Source: Actinomycetota bacterium
GTDB taxonomy: Bacteria; Actinomycetota; Acidimicrobiia; Acidimicrobiales; VFJN01
Reading direction: 5' to 3'
NCBI GenBank assembly: GCA_046726215.1
Contig: JBKPAA010000008.1
Location: 24,568 to 88,567 of the forward strand
DNA: 64,000 nucleotides
Part shown: positions 27,613-37,390 of the stretch, in pieces
Position numbering within the stretch: position 1 is the first letter of the stretch
Layout of the letters: each line of letters opens with the position of its first letter
Notes under the pieces: generated by a model
Databases searched by the model: none
Seen by the model: only the letters and a program-made list of their open reading frames with translations
What the model was told of the DNA's origin: nothing
Translations under genes and position numbers: made by a program

Positions 27613-29245
27613 GCTCTCGCTCGGGCTCACGGTCACCGTCCCCGTTCGTGGTCGTGGAGGCATGTCCGTTCCCGTTGCTACCGACGGTGATCGGCATCAA
27701 GTCCACCACGTCGGCCCGACCGTTGCTCGCAATCTCGGCCTCGCGGGCGACGTGTCCCGACGAGGTGCGCAGCTGCTTCTCCTTGAGGAACCAGGTGAGC
27801 ACCCAGCCCGCCAGCACGAGCGGTACCGCCCACAGGAACACGGTGGTGATGGCATCGGCGAAGGCGCTGGCGGTCTGCGCCCGCTGCTCGAGCGGGAGCT
27901 GGTTGATCGCCGCGGGCGTCAGGTTCTCGGGCACGGCGTTGCCGAGCAGATGAGTGAGCCGGCTGGTGAACACCGCACCGAAGATGGAAACGCCGATCGA
28001 GCCGCCGATGGTCCGGAAGAACGTGACGGTCGAGGTCGCCACGCCCAGATCGGCGATCGGCGCCTCGTTCTGAGTCGCCAGCACCATGACCTGCATCACC
28101 AGGCCTATGCCGGCGCCCAGCACGAACATGTAGATGCCGGACTCCCAGCGGCTGCTGCCCACGTCGAGGGTGGAAATGAGGAACAGGCCCAGGCTCGCCA
28201 CCGCCATCCCGAGTACCGGGAAAACCCGGTAGCGGCCGGTCCGGGTGATGATCTGACCGGCGGTGATCGACGCACTGAGCAGGCCCGCCATGACCGGGAC
28301 GATCAGGAGGCCGGAGTTGCTGGCCGATGCGCCGTTCGCCACCTGCAGGAAGGTCGGCAGGTAGGTGATCGCGCCGTACATGGCGACGCCCACGATGAGG
28401 CTCACGGCCGCAGCGATGCGGAAGGTGGGGAGCCGGAACAGCCGCAGGGGCAGCGTCGGTTCGGCGACCCGCCGTTCGACGGCCACGAATGCGGCGAGCA
28501 GGACGGCGGTGACCACGCCGAGGCCGATGATGACGCCGGAACCCCACTCGAACTCGGTACCCCCCCATGTCGTCAGGAGCACCAACGCCGAGATGGCGCC
28601 GGACAACAGGGCGATGCCCGCCCAGTCGATGTGCACCTGGTAGCGGTAACGCGTCGCCGGCAGGACGGCGCTGGTCACGACCAGGGCCAGGATGCCGAGC
28701 GGCAGGTTGATGTAGAACACCCAGCGCCACGACAAGTGGTCGGTCAGGAAGCCGCCGAGGAGGGGGCCGGCGACGCTGGCGGCACCGAACACGGCGCCGA
28801 AGTACCCCATGTAGCGTCCCCGTTCCCGCGGGCTCACGATGTCGCCGATCAACGCCTGGGCCAGCACGATGAGGCCGCCCGCGCCCACGCCCTGCACCGC
28901 CCGGAAGATGATGAGCATGCCCATCGACGTGGCGACGCCCGACAGCATGCTGCCGACGAGAAACACGACGATGGCCGACTGGAAGAGGCGCTTGCGCCCG
29001 TAGAGGTCGCCGAGCTTGCCGTAGACGGGGGTGGCGACGGTCTCCGCCAGCAGGTAGGCGGTGACGACCCACGACAGGTGGTCGAGCCCGCCGAGGTCGC
29101 CGGTGATGGTCGGAAGGGCCGTGGCCACGATCGTCTGGTCGATCGCGGCCAAAAGCATCCCGAGCATGATCCCGGAAAAGACGATCAGCACCTGCCGGCG
29201 CGGCAGACCGCCGGCCGCGGGCGCGGCGGCGGTTACGGGAGACAT
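27605..29245 (-). CDS. DHA2 (EmrB/QacA) family 14-TM MFS efflux transporter
   Basis: [43 protein letters not shown]. Confidence 0.95.
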   Translation of the reverse strand: MSPVTAAAPAAGGLPRRQVLIVFSGIMLGMLLAAIDQTIVATALPTITGDLGGLDHLSWVVTAYLLAETVATPVYGKLGDLYGRKRLFQSAIVVFLVGSMLSGVATSMGMLIIFRAVQGVGAGGLIVLAQALIGDIVSPRERGRYMGYFGAVFGAASVAGPLLGGFLTDHLSWRWVFYINLPLGILALVVTSAVLPATRYRYQVHIDWAGIALLSGAISALVLLTTWGGTEFEWGSGVIIGLGVVTAVLLAAFVAVERRVAEPTLPLRLFRLPTFRIAAAVSLIVGVAMYGAITYLPTFLQVANGASASNSGLLIVPVMAGLLSASITAGQIITRTGRYRVFPVLGMAVASLGLFLISTLDVGSSRWESGIYMFVLGAGIGLVMQVMVLATQNEAPIADLGVATSTVTFFRTIGGSIGVSIFGAVFTSRLTHLLGNAVPENLTPAAINQLPLEQRAQTASAFADAITTVFLWAVPLVLAGWVLTWFLKEKQLRTSSGHVAREAEIASNGRADVVDLMPITVGSNGNGHASTTTNGDGDREPEREHA

Positions 29246-29304
29246 CACTTCCATGCGATTCCTTGTGGAGCCTGGGGCCGGAGCTACCACCCGACACTCT
29301 AGAG

Positions 29305-29327
29305 AAAGTTGCAGGAGATGCAACTTT
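29305..29327. promoter_or_regulatory. Probable TetR operator
   Basis: Perfect inverted repeat AAAGTTGCA-GGAGA-TGCAACTTT next to a minus-strand TAGAGT -10 (29296-29301). Confidence 0.75.
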
Positions 29328-29377
29328 GCGCTTCGTGCAGCTATTCCCGCAGCGGCTCGACAGGGAACCGGGCCGAC

Positions 29378-29629
29378 CTACGCGCCCGGCTCCTCGCCCA
29401 CCTCCCGAAGGGCGGCCGCGAGCGCCGCCATGAGGCGCCGAACCGTCCTGGGCGCGAGGTGCCCGACGACTCCGGCGGCGTTCGCGCCGGCGTCCTCGAC
29501 GATCAGCTCCACCCGGATGTCGGCGCAGCCGTCGCAATCGTCGAGGACCGCAACGGCCCACGCCACGGGCGCCTTGTCCTCATCACCGTCGGGGTGATCG
29601 TCGAACGCGAAGTCGATGGATTTCTTCAT
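29378..29629 (-). CDS. Hypothetical acidic protein with a CxxC motif
   Basis: 83 aa, LDDCDGCADIRVELIVE. Confidence 0.65.
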   Translation of the reverse strand: MKKSIDFAFDDHPDGDEDKAPVAWAVAVLDDCDGCADIRVELIVEDAGANAAGVVGHLAPRTVRRLMAALAAALREVGEEPGA

Positions 29630-29733
29630 CAGGCCCTTGGTCGTTTAGCCCGTTGTCGTTCCGGGATGCGTCTTGACCTGGCAATGTATCCACATCGCGG
29701 CTTGGGTGAGCCGCTTCGCGTCGCAGGAGGTCG

Positions 29734-29931
29734 GTGAGGGTGCGCGTACTGATCACTGCCATCGCGATCGGATCGCTCGCGTTGGCGTCGCCGGCTGCGG
29801 CCGACAAGTCCGAGCCGTTCGGCGCTGAGGACGGCCGGCCGATCGGGCGGAGCTCAACGCTGAACGGGCCCAACGGTTCGATCTACGTCACGGACGACGG
29901 AGCCAACGCCGTGTACGAGTTCAAACGCTGA
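29734..29931 (+). pseudogene. Signal peptide joined to a beta-propeller-like C-terminal blade; probable deletion remnant
   Basis: AGGAGG RBS; signal peptide ending SPAAA; GRPIG..GPNGSIYVTDDGANAVYEF resembles the end of PQQ/sorbosone-dehydrogenase-type propellers. Confidence 0.5.
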
Positions 29932-29962
29932 CCCGTCCGCCAACGGCGCGATTCGAAGGTCC

Positions 29963-31579
29963 CTATGACGGCCTCAGGCTCGGTTCGACGGGACCCGATT
30001 CGACGGGACCCGGCTCCTCGCGCCCCGGCTCATCGGCGGGGCCGGCCGGTCGGACGTCGCTGGAGGGTGTCAGCGGGACATCATCGGTGGGGGTGGAGGA
30101 TGTCTCGCCGAGCACCGGCAAGAGGACACGGAACGTCGCGCCCTCGCCCGGGGCGGTGTCCAACTCCACTAGGCCGCCGTGGGCGGCGGTGATCGCGGCG
30201 ACTATGGACAGCCCCAGGCCGGTACCACCCTGGGCTCGGCTGCGGGCCCGGTCGGTTCGGTAGAAGCGCTCGAACACGCGCTCCGCCTGCTCGGGGACCA
30301 GGCCCGGCCCGCGGTCACGCACCTGGACGAAGGTGAGGTCGCGGCCGTCGCGCCGCGTGCGACCGCCCAGCACGGTTATGGGAGCGTCGGCCGGCGAGTA
30401 GGCGAGCGCATTGTCGAGCAGGTTGGACAGCACCTGGCGAAGCCGCGGCTCGTCGCCCGCCACGACGAGGTCGTCGGCGGCCTCGTCATCGTCCATGGGG
30501 AGGTCGAGCCGGATCTCCCGGTCGGGGGCTGTGGCCCGGGCCGCCTCGACGGTGTCGATGGCCAGGATCCGCAGGTCGACGGGGCCGTGCTCGAACGGTC
30601 GCTGTTGATCGAGGCGGGCCAGCAGAAGCAGGTCGTCGACGAGCAGGCCCATGCGCTTGGCCTCGTTCTCGATGCGGTTCAGCAGCCTGGACACCTCGGT
30701 GGAATCGGTGACCGCGCCCTGGCGGTGCAGCTCCGCGAACCCCCGGATCGACGTGAGTGGCGTGCGCAGCTCGTGGCTGGCGTCTGCGACGAAGCGCCGC
30801 ATCTTCTCCTCCGAGCGGCGGGCGGTCGCCTCGGACGCCTGGCGGGAGCGGAATGCGGCCTCGATCTGCTCGAGCATGCTGTTGAGCGCCAGCCCCAGGC
30901 GGCCGACCTCGGTGCTCGGGTCGTCGTCGTCGACCCGGCGGGACAGGTCACCGCCGGCGATGGCCGCCGCCGTCTGCTCGATCTTCGTGAGCGGCCGTAG
31001 CGCGGCGCGCACCATCGTGTACCCGGCCAGGGCCAATCCCGCGATCACCAGCCCGCCGACGATGAGATTGATCGTGGAGAGCTGATGGACCGTGGCGTCC
31101 ACGTTGTGGAGGCTGGTCGCGACCATCAGCGTCGCCGGCACTGGGCGTGGGGTACCGGCCCAGGTGACGGTGACCGGTAGCGCGACGGCGCGGAACGACC
31201 CCTTACCACTGATGGCGGGGACCGTGAACGGTTCGAAGTCGCGATCGGTTGCCTCGTTGACGGACATGTGCGGTAGATCAGGAGCGGTGCCGCCCATCCG
31301 GTGAGACACCCAGGTCCGGCTGTTGATGTCCTCGACCCGAGTGAAGTAGGGGCTCGGAACCTGCGGACGCTTGGGGTCGAGGTTGCTCGTCAGCGAGTCG
31401 AAGTCAGCCGCGGTCTCGACGAGCTGCTGGTCCAGCCGGTCGACGAGGTAGCCACGCAGCAACCGGGCTCCAACCACGCCCATGACCGTCAGGGCCACGA
31501 TCGACAACGCCAGCACCGTCGTGATCAACCGCAGCCACAGCGGCGTGCGTCGCCACACGCTCGTGGCCCGCCGGCTCAT
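29963..31579 (-). CDS. HAMP-domain sensor histidine kinase (PhoR/MprB-like)
   Basis: Two TMs, HAMP, FVADASHELRTPL, NLLDNALAY, ERFYR, GGTGLGLSI; ATGA overlap with the regulator. Confidence 0.95.
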   Translation of the reverse strand: MSRRATSVWRRTPLWLRLITTVLALSIVALTVMGVVGARLLRGYLVDRLDQQLVETAADFDSLTSNLDPKRPQVPSPYFTRVEDINSRTWVSHRMGGTAPDLPHMSVNEATDRDFEPFTVPAISGKGSFRAVALPVTVTWAGTPRPVPATLMVATSLHNVDATVHQLSTINLIVGGLVIAGLALAGYTMVRAALRPLTKIEQTAAAIAGGDLSRRVDDDDPSTEVGRLGLALNSMLEQIEAAFRSRQASEATARRSEEKMRRFVADASHELRTPLTSIRGFAELHRQGAVTDSTEVSRLLNRIENEAKRMGLLVDDLLLLARLDQQRPFEHGPVDLRILAIDTVEAARATAPDREIRLDLPMDDDEAADDLVVAGDEPRLRQVLSNLLDNALAYSPADAPITVLGGRTRRDGRDLTFVQVRDRGPGLVPEQAERVFERFYRTDRARSRAQGGTGLGLSIVAAITAAHGGLVELDTAPGEGATFRVLLPVLGETSSTPTDDVPLTPSSDVRPAGPADEPGREEPGPVESGPVEPSLRPS

Positions 31580-32358
31580 GGCGACGGTCGCGGCGGCCGG
31601 AGCACGTAGCCGATGCCCCGCACGGTATGGATCAGCGGATCGCCGCCGTCGTGGAGCTTGCGCCGCAGGTAGGAGATGTACGACTCGACGATGTTGGCGT
31701 CGCCGTCGAAGTCGTAGCTCCACACGTGGTCCAGGATCTGCGACTTCGACACCACGCGGCCGGCGTTGATCATCAGGTAGCGCAGCAGGTTGAACTCCGT
31801 GGGGGAGAGCTGCACGTCGCGACCGCCGCGCCAGACCTGGTGGCTGTCCTCGTCGAGGTCGAGGTCGCCGACCGACAGCCGGGCGCCGGTGTCGGCGTTG
31901 GCCCGGGTGCGCCGCAGCACCGCCCGGATGCGGGCGATCACTTCCTCCAGGCTGAACGGCTTGGTGACGTAGTCGTCGCCACCGAGCGTCAACCCCGTCA
32001 CCTTGTCTTCGTTGGCGTCCCGCGCCGTCAGGAACAGCACCGGGAGGGGATGGCTGCCCGCCCGCAGGCGGCGCAGTACCACGAACCCGTCGACGTCCGG
32101 CAGCATCACGTCCAGCACGACCAGATCGGGGCGGTGGCGGTCCACCGCGGCGACCGCCTCGGCCCCGTTCACGGCCGTGACAACCTCGAAGCCCGCGTAG
32201 CGCAGGCTCGCCGAGAGCAGCTCCACGATGTTGGGCTCGTCATCGACCACCAGCAGGCGCGCCTCCGCCGTGCGGCCGCTGGTGGGGGGAAGGACGTCGG
32301 TCATCATCTTCTGTGCGGACAGGTGCAGCGCGACGGTATCGCCGTCATGGCTCGTCAC
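31576..32358 (-). CDS. OmpR/PhoB family response regulator (PhoP/MprA-like)
   Basis: LLVVDDEP, LDVMLPD, DYVTKPF, LSPTEFNLL, IHTVRGIGY; start GTG 32358 (leaderless) or ATG 32307. Confidence 0.95.
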   Translation of the reverse strand: MTSHDGDTVALHLSAQKMMTDVLPPTSGRTAEARLLVVDDEPNIVELLSASLRYAGFEVVTAVNGAEAVAAVDRHRPDLVVLDVMLPDVDGFVVLRRLRAGSHPLPVLFLTARDANEDKVTGLTLGGDDYVTKPFSLEEVIARIRAVLRRTRANADTGARLSVGDLDLDEDSHQVWRGGRDVQLSPTEFNLLRYLMINAGRVVSKSQILDHVWSYDFDGDANIVESYISYLRRKLHDGGDPLIHTVRGIGYVLRPPRPSP

Positions 32359-32380
32359 CCCTACAGGATGGCGCCCCGAC

Positions 32381-32468
32381 CTGAGAAGCGCCTGGGTGCG
32401 CCCTGGGCGCTGCCTGGGCGGTCGGCCGTTCACAGCAACTTCTCAGATGCCACCCAGGGCGCCCGCAG
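32381..32468. promoter_or_regulatory. Two opposed arrays of four 11-bp-phased hexamers (OmpR-family boxes)
   Basis: CTGAGA/CTGGGT/CTGGGC/CTGGGC at 32381, 32392, 32403, 32414; TCACAG/TCTCAG/ACCCAG/CCGCAG at 32430, 32441, 32452, 32463. Confidence 0.8.
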
Positions 32469-32490
32469 ATTCAGTGGGCATGCTGTCTCC

Positions 32491-34014
32491 ATGACCGACG
32501 ACCAGACCACCCCCACGGCGGCCGGTGGGCAGTCGACCACGACATCCACGACCGTCGGCGAACCCCCCGCAGGCACCCCGCACAACGAGTCCCCCGGGTC
32601 CTTCGATTCCCCCCTGCCTCCCGAGGTTCCGCAGTTCCCGGCGCCTCCGCCGCCCGGGCCGTACGTGGCGAGCTCCGACGACGTCACCGCGACGCACCCA
32701 TCGGTTCCCGGTGAGCCGTCAACGCTGCCCCACCCCGACGCTCCCGGCGACGAATCTCCTCCTCCGTCCGATCCATACGGTCCGTTCGACGCAACCGGCG
32801 CCGCCGGCCCGGGAGCGCCTCCCATGCCCCCCACCCCGCCCCCGGTCGGCCCGGCGCCCGTCGGTTCGTCGGCCCCGCCGTCTCCCCCTCGGCGAGGCCG
32901 ACGGACCGTGGCCGTCCTCGCGGCCGCCGGCCTGCTGGCGGCGTCGGCGGCCGGTGGGGCGCTGCTGGCGGTGAACCTCGACAACAACGACTCCAGCCCG
33001 GCCACGACCAGCCTCGCGGCGTCGCCGGTGAGGGGCAACCAGAACAGCGCTCCCGACGAGCCCTTGTCCAAGGCCGCTGCCGCGGTGCTGCCCAGCGTCG
33101 TGTCGATCACGTTCGAGTCGAACCTCGGCGCCGGTGAGGGCTCGGGTGTGATCATCAGCTCCGACGGCGAGATCCTCACCAACAACCACGTCGTGGTCGG
33201 AGCCGTCAACGGCGGGACGCTGACGGTCACGTTCTCTGACGGCTCGAAGGCCGACGCCCGGATCCTCGGAAGGGACCCGGCGACCGACCTGGCCGTGATC
33301 AAGGCCGAAGGAGTCAGCGGGCTGACTCCGGCCACGCTGGGCAGCAGCGCCGACCTCCATGTCGGGGACACCGTGCTCGCGATCGGCAGCCCCCTGGGCC
33401 TCGAGGGCTCGGTCAGCGCCGGCATCGTGAGCGCCCTCGACCGCTCCATCACGCTGTCCAACGACGAGCCCCAGTCGCCGTTCGGCAACGACGGCCAGTC
33501 CCAGGCGTCGCCTTCGGCCGTGATCGACGCCATTCAGACCGATGCCGCCATCAACCCCGGCAACTCCGGTGGTGCGCTCATCAACACCGACGGCGAGGTG
33601 GTCGGGATCAACACCGCCATTGCCTCGCTGGCCGGTGGCGGCGGCGTCGGCTCGCAGAGCGGGAACATCGGCGTTGGGTTCGCCATCCCCATCGACTCCG
33701 CCCGCTCGATCGCCAAGCAGCTCGTCGACAAGGGCGAGGCCACCCACGCCTTCCTCGGCGTGAGGATCGCCGACGCCGAGTCGGGCGGCGGCGCCGTCGT
33801 CGCCGAGGTCACCGAGGGCCAGCCGGCAGCCAAGGCCGGGCTCGAGCAGGGCGACGTCATCACCCGAGTGGACGACACCAAGATCACCAGCGGCTCGGAC
33901 CTCACCTCGGCCATCCGCTCCCACCAGCCGGGTGACAAGGTGAAGATCACCTACGCCCGCAACGGTGACGAGAAGACAGCCGAGGTCACGCTCGGCGAGC
34001 TGCCGACCGGCTGA
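32491..34014 (+). CDS. htrA: HtrA/PepD-like serine protease with one PDZ domain
   Basis: Pro-rich N-term, TM, LTNNHVV, TDLAVIK, QTDAAINPGNSGG, C-terminal PDZ. Confidence 0.95.
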   Translation: MTDDQTTPTAAGGQSTTTSTTVGEPPAGTPHNESPGSFDSPLPPEVPQFPAPPPPGPYVASSDDVTATHPSVPGEPSTLPHPDAPGDESPPPSDPYGPFDATGAAGPGAPPMPPTPPPVGPAPVGSSAPPSPPRRGRRTVAVLAAAGLLAASAAGGALLAVNLDNNDSSPATTSLAASPVRGNQNSAPDEPLSKAAAAVLPSVVSITFESNLGAGEGSGVIISSDGEILTNNHVVVGAVNGGTLTVTFSDGSKADARILGRDPATDLAVIKAEGVSGLTPATLGSSADLHVGDTVLAIGSPLGLEGSVSAGIVSALDRSITLSNDEPQSPFGNDGQSQASPSAVIDAIQTDAAINPGNSGGALINTDGEVVGINTAIASLAGGGGVGSQSGNIGVGFAIPIDSARSIAKQLVDKGEATHAFLGVRIADAESGGGAVVAEVTEGQPAAKAGLEQGDVITRVDDTKITSGSDLTSAIRSHQPGDKVKITYARNGDEKTAEVTLGELPTG

Positions 34015-34030
34015 TCACCCCGACGCTGCT

Positions 34031-34058
34031 AGAGGGCCCCGGCATGCCGGGGCCCTCT
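34031..34058 (+). terminator. Stem-loop terminator after htrA
   Basis: AGAGGGCCCCGGC-AT-GCCGGGGCCCTCT. Confidence 0.8.
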
Positions 34059-34154
34059 CCGCGTCGGCTCCCGGGTTCGGGCGGCTAACCTGCTCCTCCG
34101 GCGTGCCGGGAAGTCTGGTCGGCGTCCTTGTGGTCCCCCACCGCGCGAGCCGCC

Positions 34155-35471
34155 ATGTCCCCAGATCCCGCAGCTTCGGACACCAGCCAGAGGCGGGGCC
34201 TGATCCGGCCGCTCGTCGACTTCCTCCACACCGAGGCCGCGGGTGGTGTGGCACTGGTCGTCGCCACGATCGCGGCGCTTCTCTGGGCGAACTCGCCCTG
34301 GGACGTGTCGTACAACGACCTGTGGACCACCCATTTGGCCGTGTCGTTGAGCGGGTGGGAGCTCGACCTCGAGCTGCGCGACTGGATCAACGACGGCTTG
34401 ATCGCCCTGTTCTTCTTCGTGGTCGGCCTAGAGATCAAGCGGGAGCTGGTCGAGGGCGAGCTGCGTGACCGGCGCCGGGCCGCCCTTCCCGCGGGCGCGG
34501 CCCTGGGTGGGATGATCGCGCCCGCCGTCATCTATGCGGCGTTCAACGCTGGCGGCGGGGCCGTGGAGGGGTGGGGCATCCCGATGGCGACCGACATCGC
34601 CATGGCCGTCGGCGTGCTGAGCCTGATCGGCAGCCGGGTAGTGCCCTCGCTCAAGTTGTTCCTGCTGACGCTGGCGATCGTCGACGACATTGGTGCCATC
34701 GCCGTGATAGCGGTCTTCTACACCGACGACATCCACGGCGACGCGCTGCTGGCGTCCGTGGGGCTGGTGCTGGCGGTGGCAGCCATGCGGCGTGCGGGGG
34801 TCGGTTCGATTGCCGCCTACGCGGTCGTCGGCGCCGGGCTGTGGCTAACGCTGCACGCATCCGGGATCCACGCCACGCTCGCCGGCGTGGTGCTCGGCCT
34901 GATGGCGCCGACGCAGCCGGTGCGCCGGCCCGAGCTGATCGACGCCGCCGAGCTCGCCGACGCGTCTTCGCAGCCGCCCAGGGGGCCGACGGCCGGCGCG
35001 GCGGGCGAGACGGTCTCGGTGGTCGAGTGGCTCGAGCACGTGCTCCACCCGTGGACCAGCTTCGTCGTCGTGCCCCTGTTCGCACTGGCCAACGCCGGGA
35101 TACCGCTGAGCCGCGACACCATCGGCGATGCCATGACGTCTCCGGTGGCCGGCGGCATCGTGGTGGGGCTGGTGGCCGGCAAGGTCGTGGGCATCTCCGG
35201 CTTCGCCTGGCTGGCCGTGAGACTGCGGATCGCCCGGCTCCCGGAGAACACGACCTGGTCGGACATCGTCGCGGTGAGCGCAGTCGCGGGCATCGGCTTC
35301 ACCGTCTCGATCTTCGTCACCGGACTGGCGTTCGGAGGCGATCCCCTCGAGGACGTGGCCAAGGTCGCGGTCATGGTTGCGTCGCTGTTGGCGGCCGCGA
35401 TCGGATCGACGCTCCTTGTGATGGCGGCGAGGCGACGGCCGCGCTGGGGAGTGCGGGTTGCTCGACCCTGA
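34155..35471 (+). CDS. nhaA: Na+/H+ antiporter NhaA
   Basis: WINDGL..FFFVVGLEIKRE, GWGIPMATDIA, LAIVDDIGAI, GIGFTVSIF. Confidence 0.96.
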   Translation: MSPDPAASDTSQRRGLIRPLVDFLHTEAAGGVALVVATIAALLWANSPWDVSYNDLWTTHLAVSLSGWELDLELRDWINDGLIALFFFVVGLEIKRELVEGELRDRRRAALPAGAALGGMIAPAVIYAAFNAGGGAVEGWGIPMATDIAMAVGVLSLIGSRVVPSLKLFLLTLAIVDDIGAIAVIAVFYTDDIHGDALLASVGLVLAVAAMRRAGVGSIAAYAVVGAGLWLTLHASGIHATLAGVVLGLMAPTQPVRRPELIDAAELADASSQPPRGPTAGAAGETVSVVEWLEHVLHPWTSFVVVPLFALANAGIPLSRDTIGDAMTSPVAGGIVVGLVAGKVVGISGFAWLAVRLRIARLPENTTWSDIVAVSAVAGIGFTVSIFVTGLAFGGDPLEDVAKVAVMVASLLAAAIGSTLLVMAARRRPRWGVRVARP

Positions 35472-35573
35472 GTGCGTGGCCGAACATCACCGCCATGGAG
35501 GGGGCGACCGACGCGTTGGCGAGCGCTCGCAGCGCATCGACCGGTTTCCGCCCCGCGGGCGATGCCGCCCCCG

Positions 35574-36725
35574 GTGACTGACGCGGCGCTGCGCGTCGGC
35601 GTGGCGGGCGCGGGCTTCATCGGGGTGGTCCACGCCCAGGCTGCGCGCCTCGCCGGTGCCCGCCTGGTCGGGGTCGCGGCCTCGTCGGCCGACCGTGCCC
35701 GGGAGGCGGCCGATGCACTCGGGGCCGAACGGGGCTTCGCCGACGCCGAATCGCTGGTCGTCGATCCCGACATCGACGTGGTCCACATTTGCACGCCCAA
35801 CCACCTGCACGCGCCCCTCGCCCATGCCGCCCTGGCTGCCGGGAAGCACGTGATCTGCGAGAAGCCGCTGGCCGTCGACGCCGCCCAGGCGGCCGAGCTC
35901 GTCAGGGCCGCCGATGCCGCCGGGGTCGTTGCGGCCGTCCCGTACGTCTACCGCTTCTACCCGCTGGTGCGCGAGGCACGGGCCCGGGTGGCGTCGGGCG
36001 CCGTCGGTTCCCTCCGCCTCATCCACGGCTGCTACCTCCAGGACTGGCTCGCCACCGAGGACGACGACAACTGGCGGGTCGATCCCGAGCGCGGTGGGCC
36101 GTCCCGGGCGTTCGCCGACATCGGATCGCACTGGTGCGACCTGGTCGAGTTCGTCACCGGTGACCGCTTGGCCGCGGTCTGCGCCCAGGCGGTCACCGCG
36201 GTCGCCGAGCGCGTGAGCGCCGCCGACGCCCACGCATTCGCCGCCCACGACCGGTCCGGCGCCGACGGCATCCGCCGGCCCGTCACGACCGAGGACATCG
36301 CGGTCGTGCTGTTCAGAACCCGCCAGGACGTGGTGGGGTCCCTGGTAGTGAGCCAGGTGTCTCCTGGGCGCAAGAACCGGCTGCAGTTCGAGATCGCCGG
36401 GTCCGAGGCGACCCTGAGCTTCGACCAGGAGCAGCCCGAATCTCTGTGGGTCGGCCGTCGTGAGGGGTCGGCGGCCGTGGTGCGCGACCCCGCCCACCTC
36501 GCCGCCGAGGCCGCCCGCTACGCGGTTCTGCCGCCGGGCCATCCCCAGGGCTACCGGGACTGCTTCGACGCGTTCGTCGCCGACACCTACCGGGCCATCC
36601 GGGCCGGCACCGGCACCGCGGGCGTTGACGGGTTGCCCAGCTTCGCCGACGGCGCGCGGACCGTCGACATCATCGACGCCGTCCTGCGCTCGAGCCGTAC
36701 CGGCGGCTGGGAGGAGATCCCGTGA
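35574..36725 (+). CDS. Gfo/Idh/MocA family oxidoreductase
   Basis: GAGFIG, HICTPNHLH, GKHVICEKP, DIGSHW; start GTG 35574 or ATG 35562. Confidence 0.94.
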   Translation: MTDAALRVGVAGAGFIGVVHAQAARLAGARLVGVAASSADRAREAADALGAERGFADAESLVVDPDIDVVHICTPNHLHAPLAHAALAAGKHVICEKPLAVDAAQAAELVRAADAAGVVAAVPYVYRFYPLVREARARVASGAVGSLRLIHGCYLQDWLATEDDDNWRVDPERGGPSRAFADIGSHWCDLVEFVTGDRLAAVCAQAVTAVAERVSAADAHAFAAHDRSGADGIRRPVTTEDIAVVLFRTRQDVVGSLVVSQVSPGRKNRLQFEIAGSEATLSFDQEQPESLWVGRREGSAAVVRDPAHLAAEAARYAVLPPGHPQGYRDCFDAFVADTYRAIRAGTGTAGVDGLPSFADGARTVDIIDAVLRSSRTGGWEEIP

Positions 36726-36918
36726 CCCTCGGGGTATTCGCGGACATCCGCCGGCCGTCAGGCTGTCCCGTCTCGCGAGGCAATAGGAACCGCGAAGACG
36801 ATCCTGAGGCAATCCGGACCGGCCCCCGGACCGCATTTCCTCGTGTAGGTCTCGGCGGACCGTGTTGCCTCGGGAACCTCGTCGCCCGATGCCGGGCGCG
36901 GCGGGCCATGCTGGTGCG

Positions 36919-37389
36919 GTGACGCTCGGGTTCTTCGACGAGGTAGCCGAGGCGGTGCGGGGTCTGGTTGGCGCCGACCACGAGGACATGCGCCAGCAGG
37001 CGCGTCGCTGGGGCCTCAAGGCCTGGTTCGGTGCGGAGCGACCGGCCCGGGAGCACTACGAAGCCCAGGTGATCGCACCCGACGGGGTCGACGGCGCCAC
37101 GGTGTCGGCGCTCGAGATCGGGTTCCACGCCGAGCACCCCGATGCGGCCGAGAACGACGCAGCCATCTCGCGCCTGATGGCGGCACACGACCAATGGAGG
37201 GCGGCGCTCGGCGACGACGCCATCGTCGGCCCGTTCCTCGGCCGCTTCCCCGACTGGCGCCGCGTCTCGGAGACATGGCCCGACCCCGACCTCGAAGACC
37301 CGGACCTCCCGGTGCAGGTGGCACTGCGGCTCAGCGACTACATCGACGCCCTCGAGCCGCTGCGCCGCAGTCGTCGACGGGCCACCTGA
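36919..37389 (+). CDS. Hypothetical protein
   Basis: 156 aa; CATGCT -10 at 36907-36912; REHYEAQ, LEIGFHAEH. Confidence 0.75.
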   Translation: MTLGFFDEVAEAVRGLVGADHEDMRQQARRWGLKAWFGAERPAREHYEAQVIAPDGVDGATVSALEIGFHAEHPDAAENDAAISRLMAAHDQWRAALGDDAIVGPFLGRFPDWRRVSETWPDPDLEDPDLPVQVALRLSDYIDALEPLRRSRRRAT

Positions 37390-37390
37390 C

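Noticed and set aside
6355-30000. tRNA-anchored genomic island or prophage
   Set aside because: No integrase, no phage genes and no duplicated tRNA 3' end found by eye; content is accessory-like but no boundaries can be supported
31627-32490. N-terminal extension of the 795 aa HtrA ORF (likewise for the ALDH, quinone reductase and citrate synthase ORFs)
   Set aside because: Extensions overlap other real genes; internal starts have an RBS or -10 element, so these are not fusions
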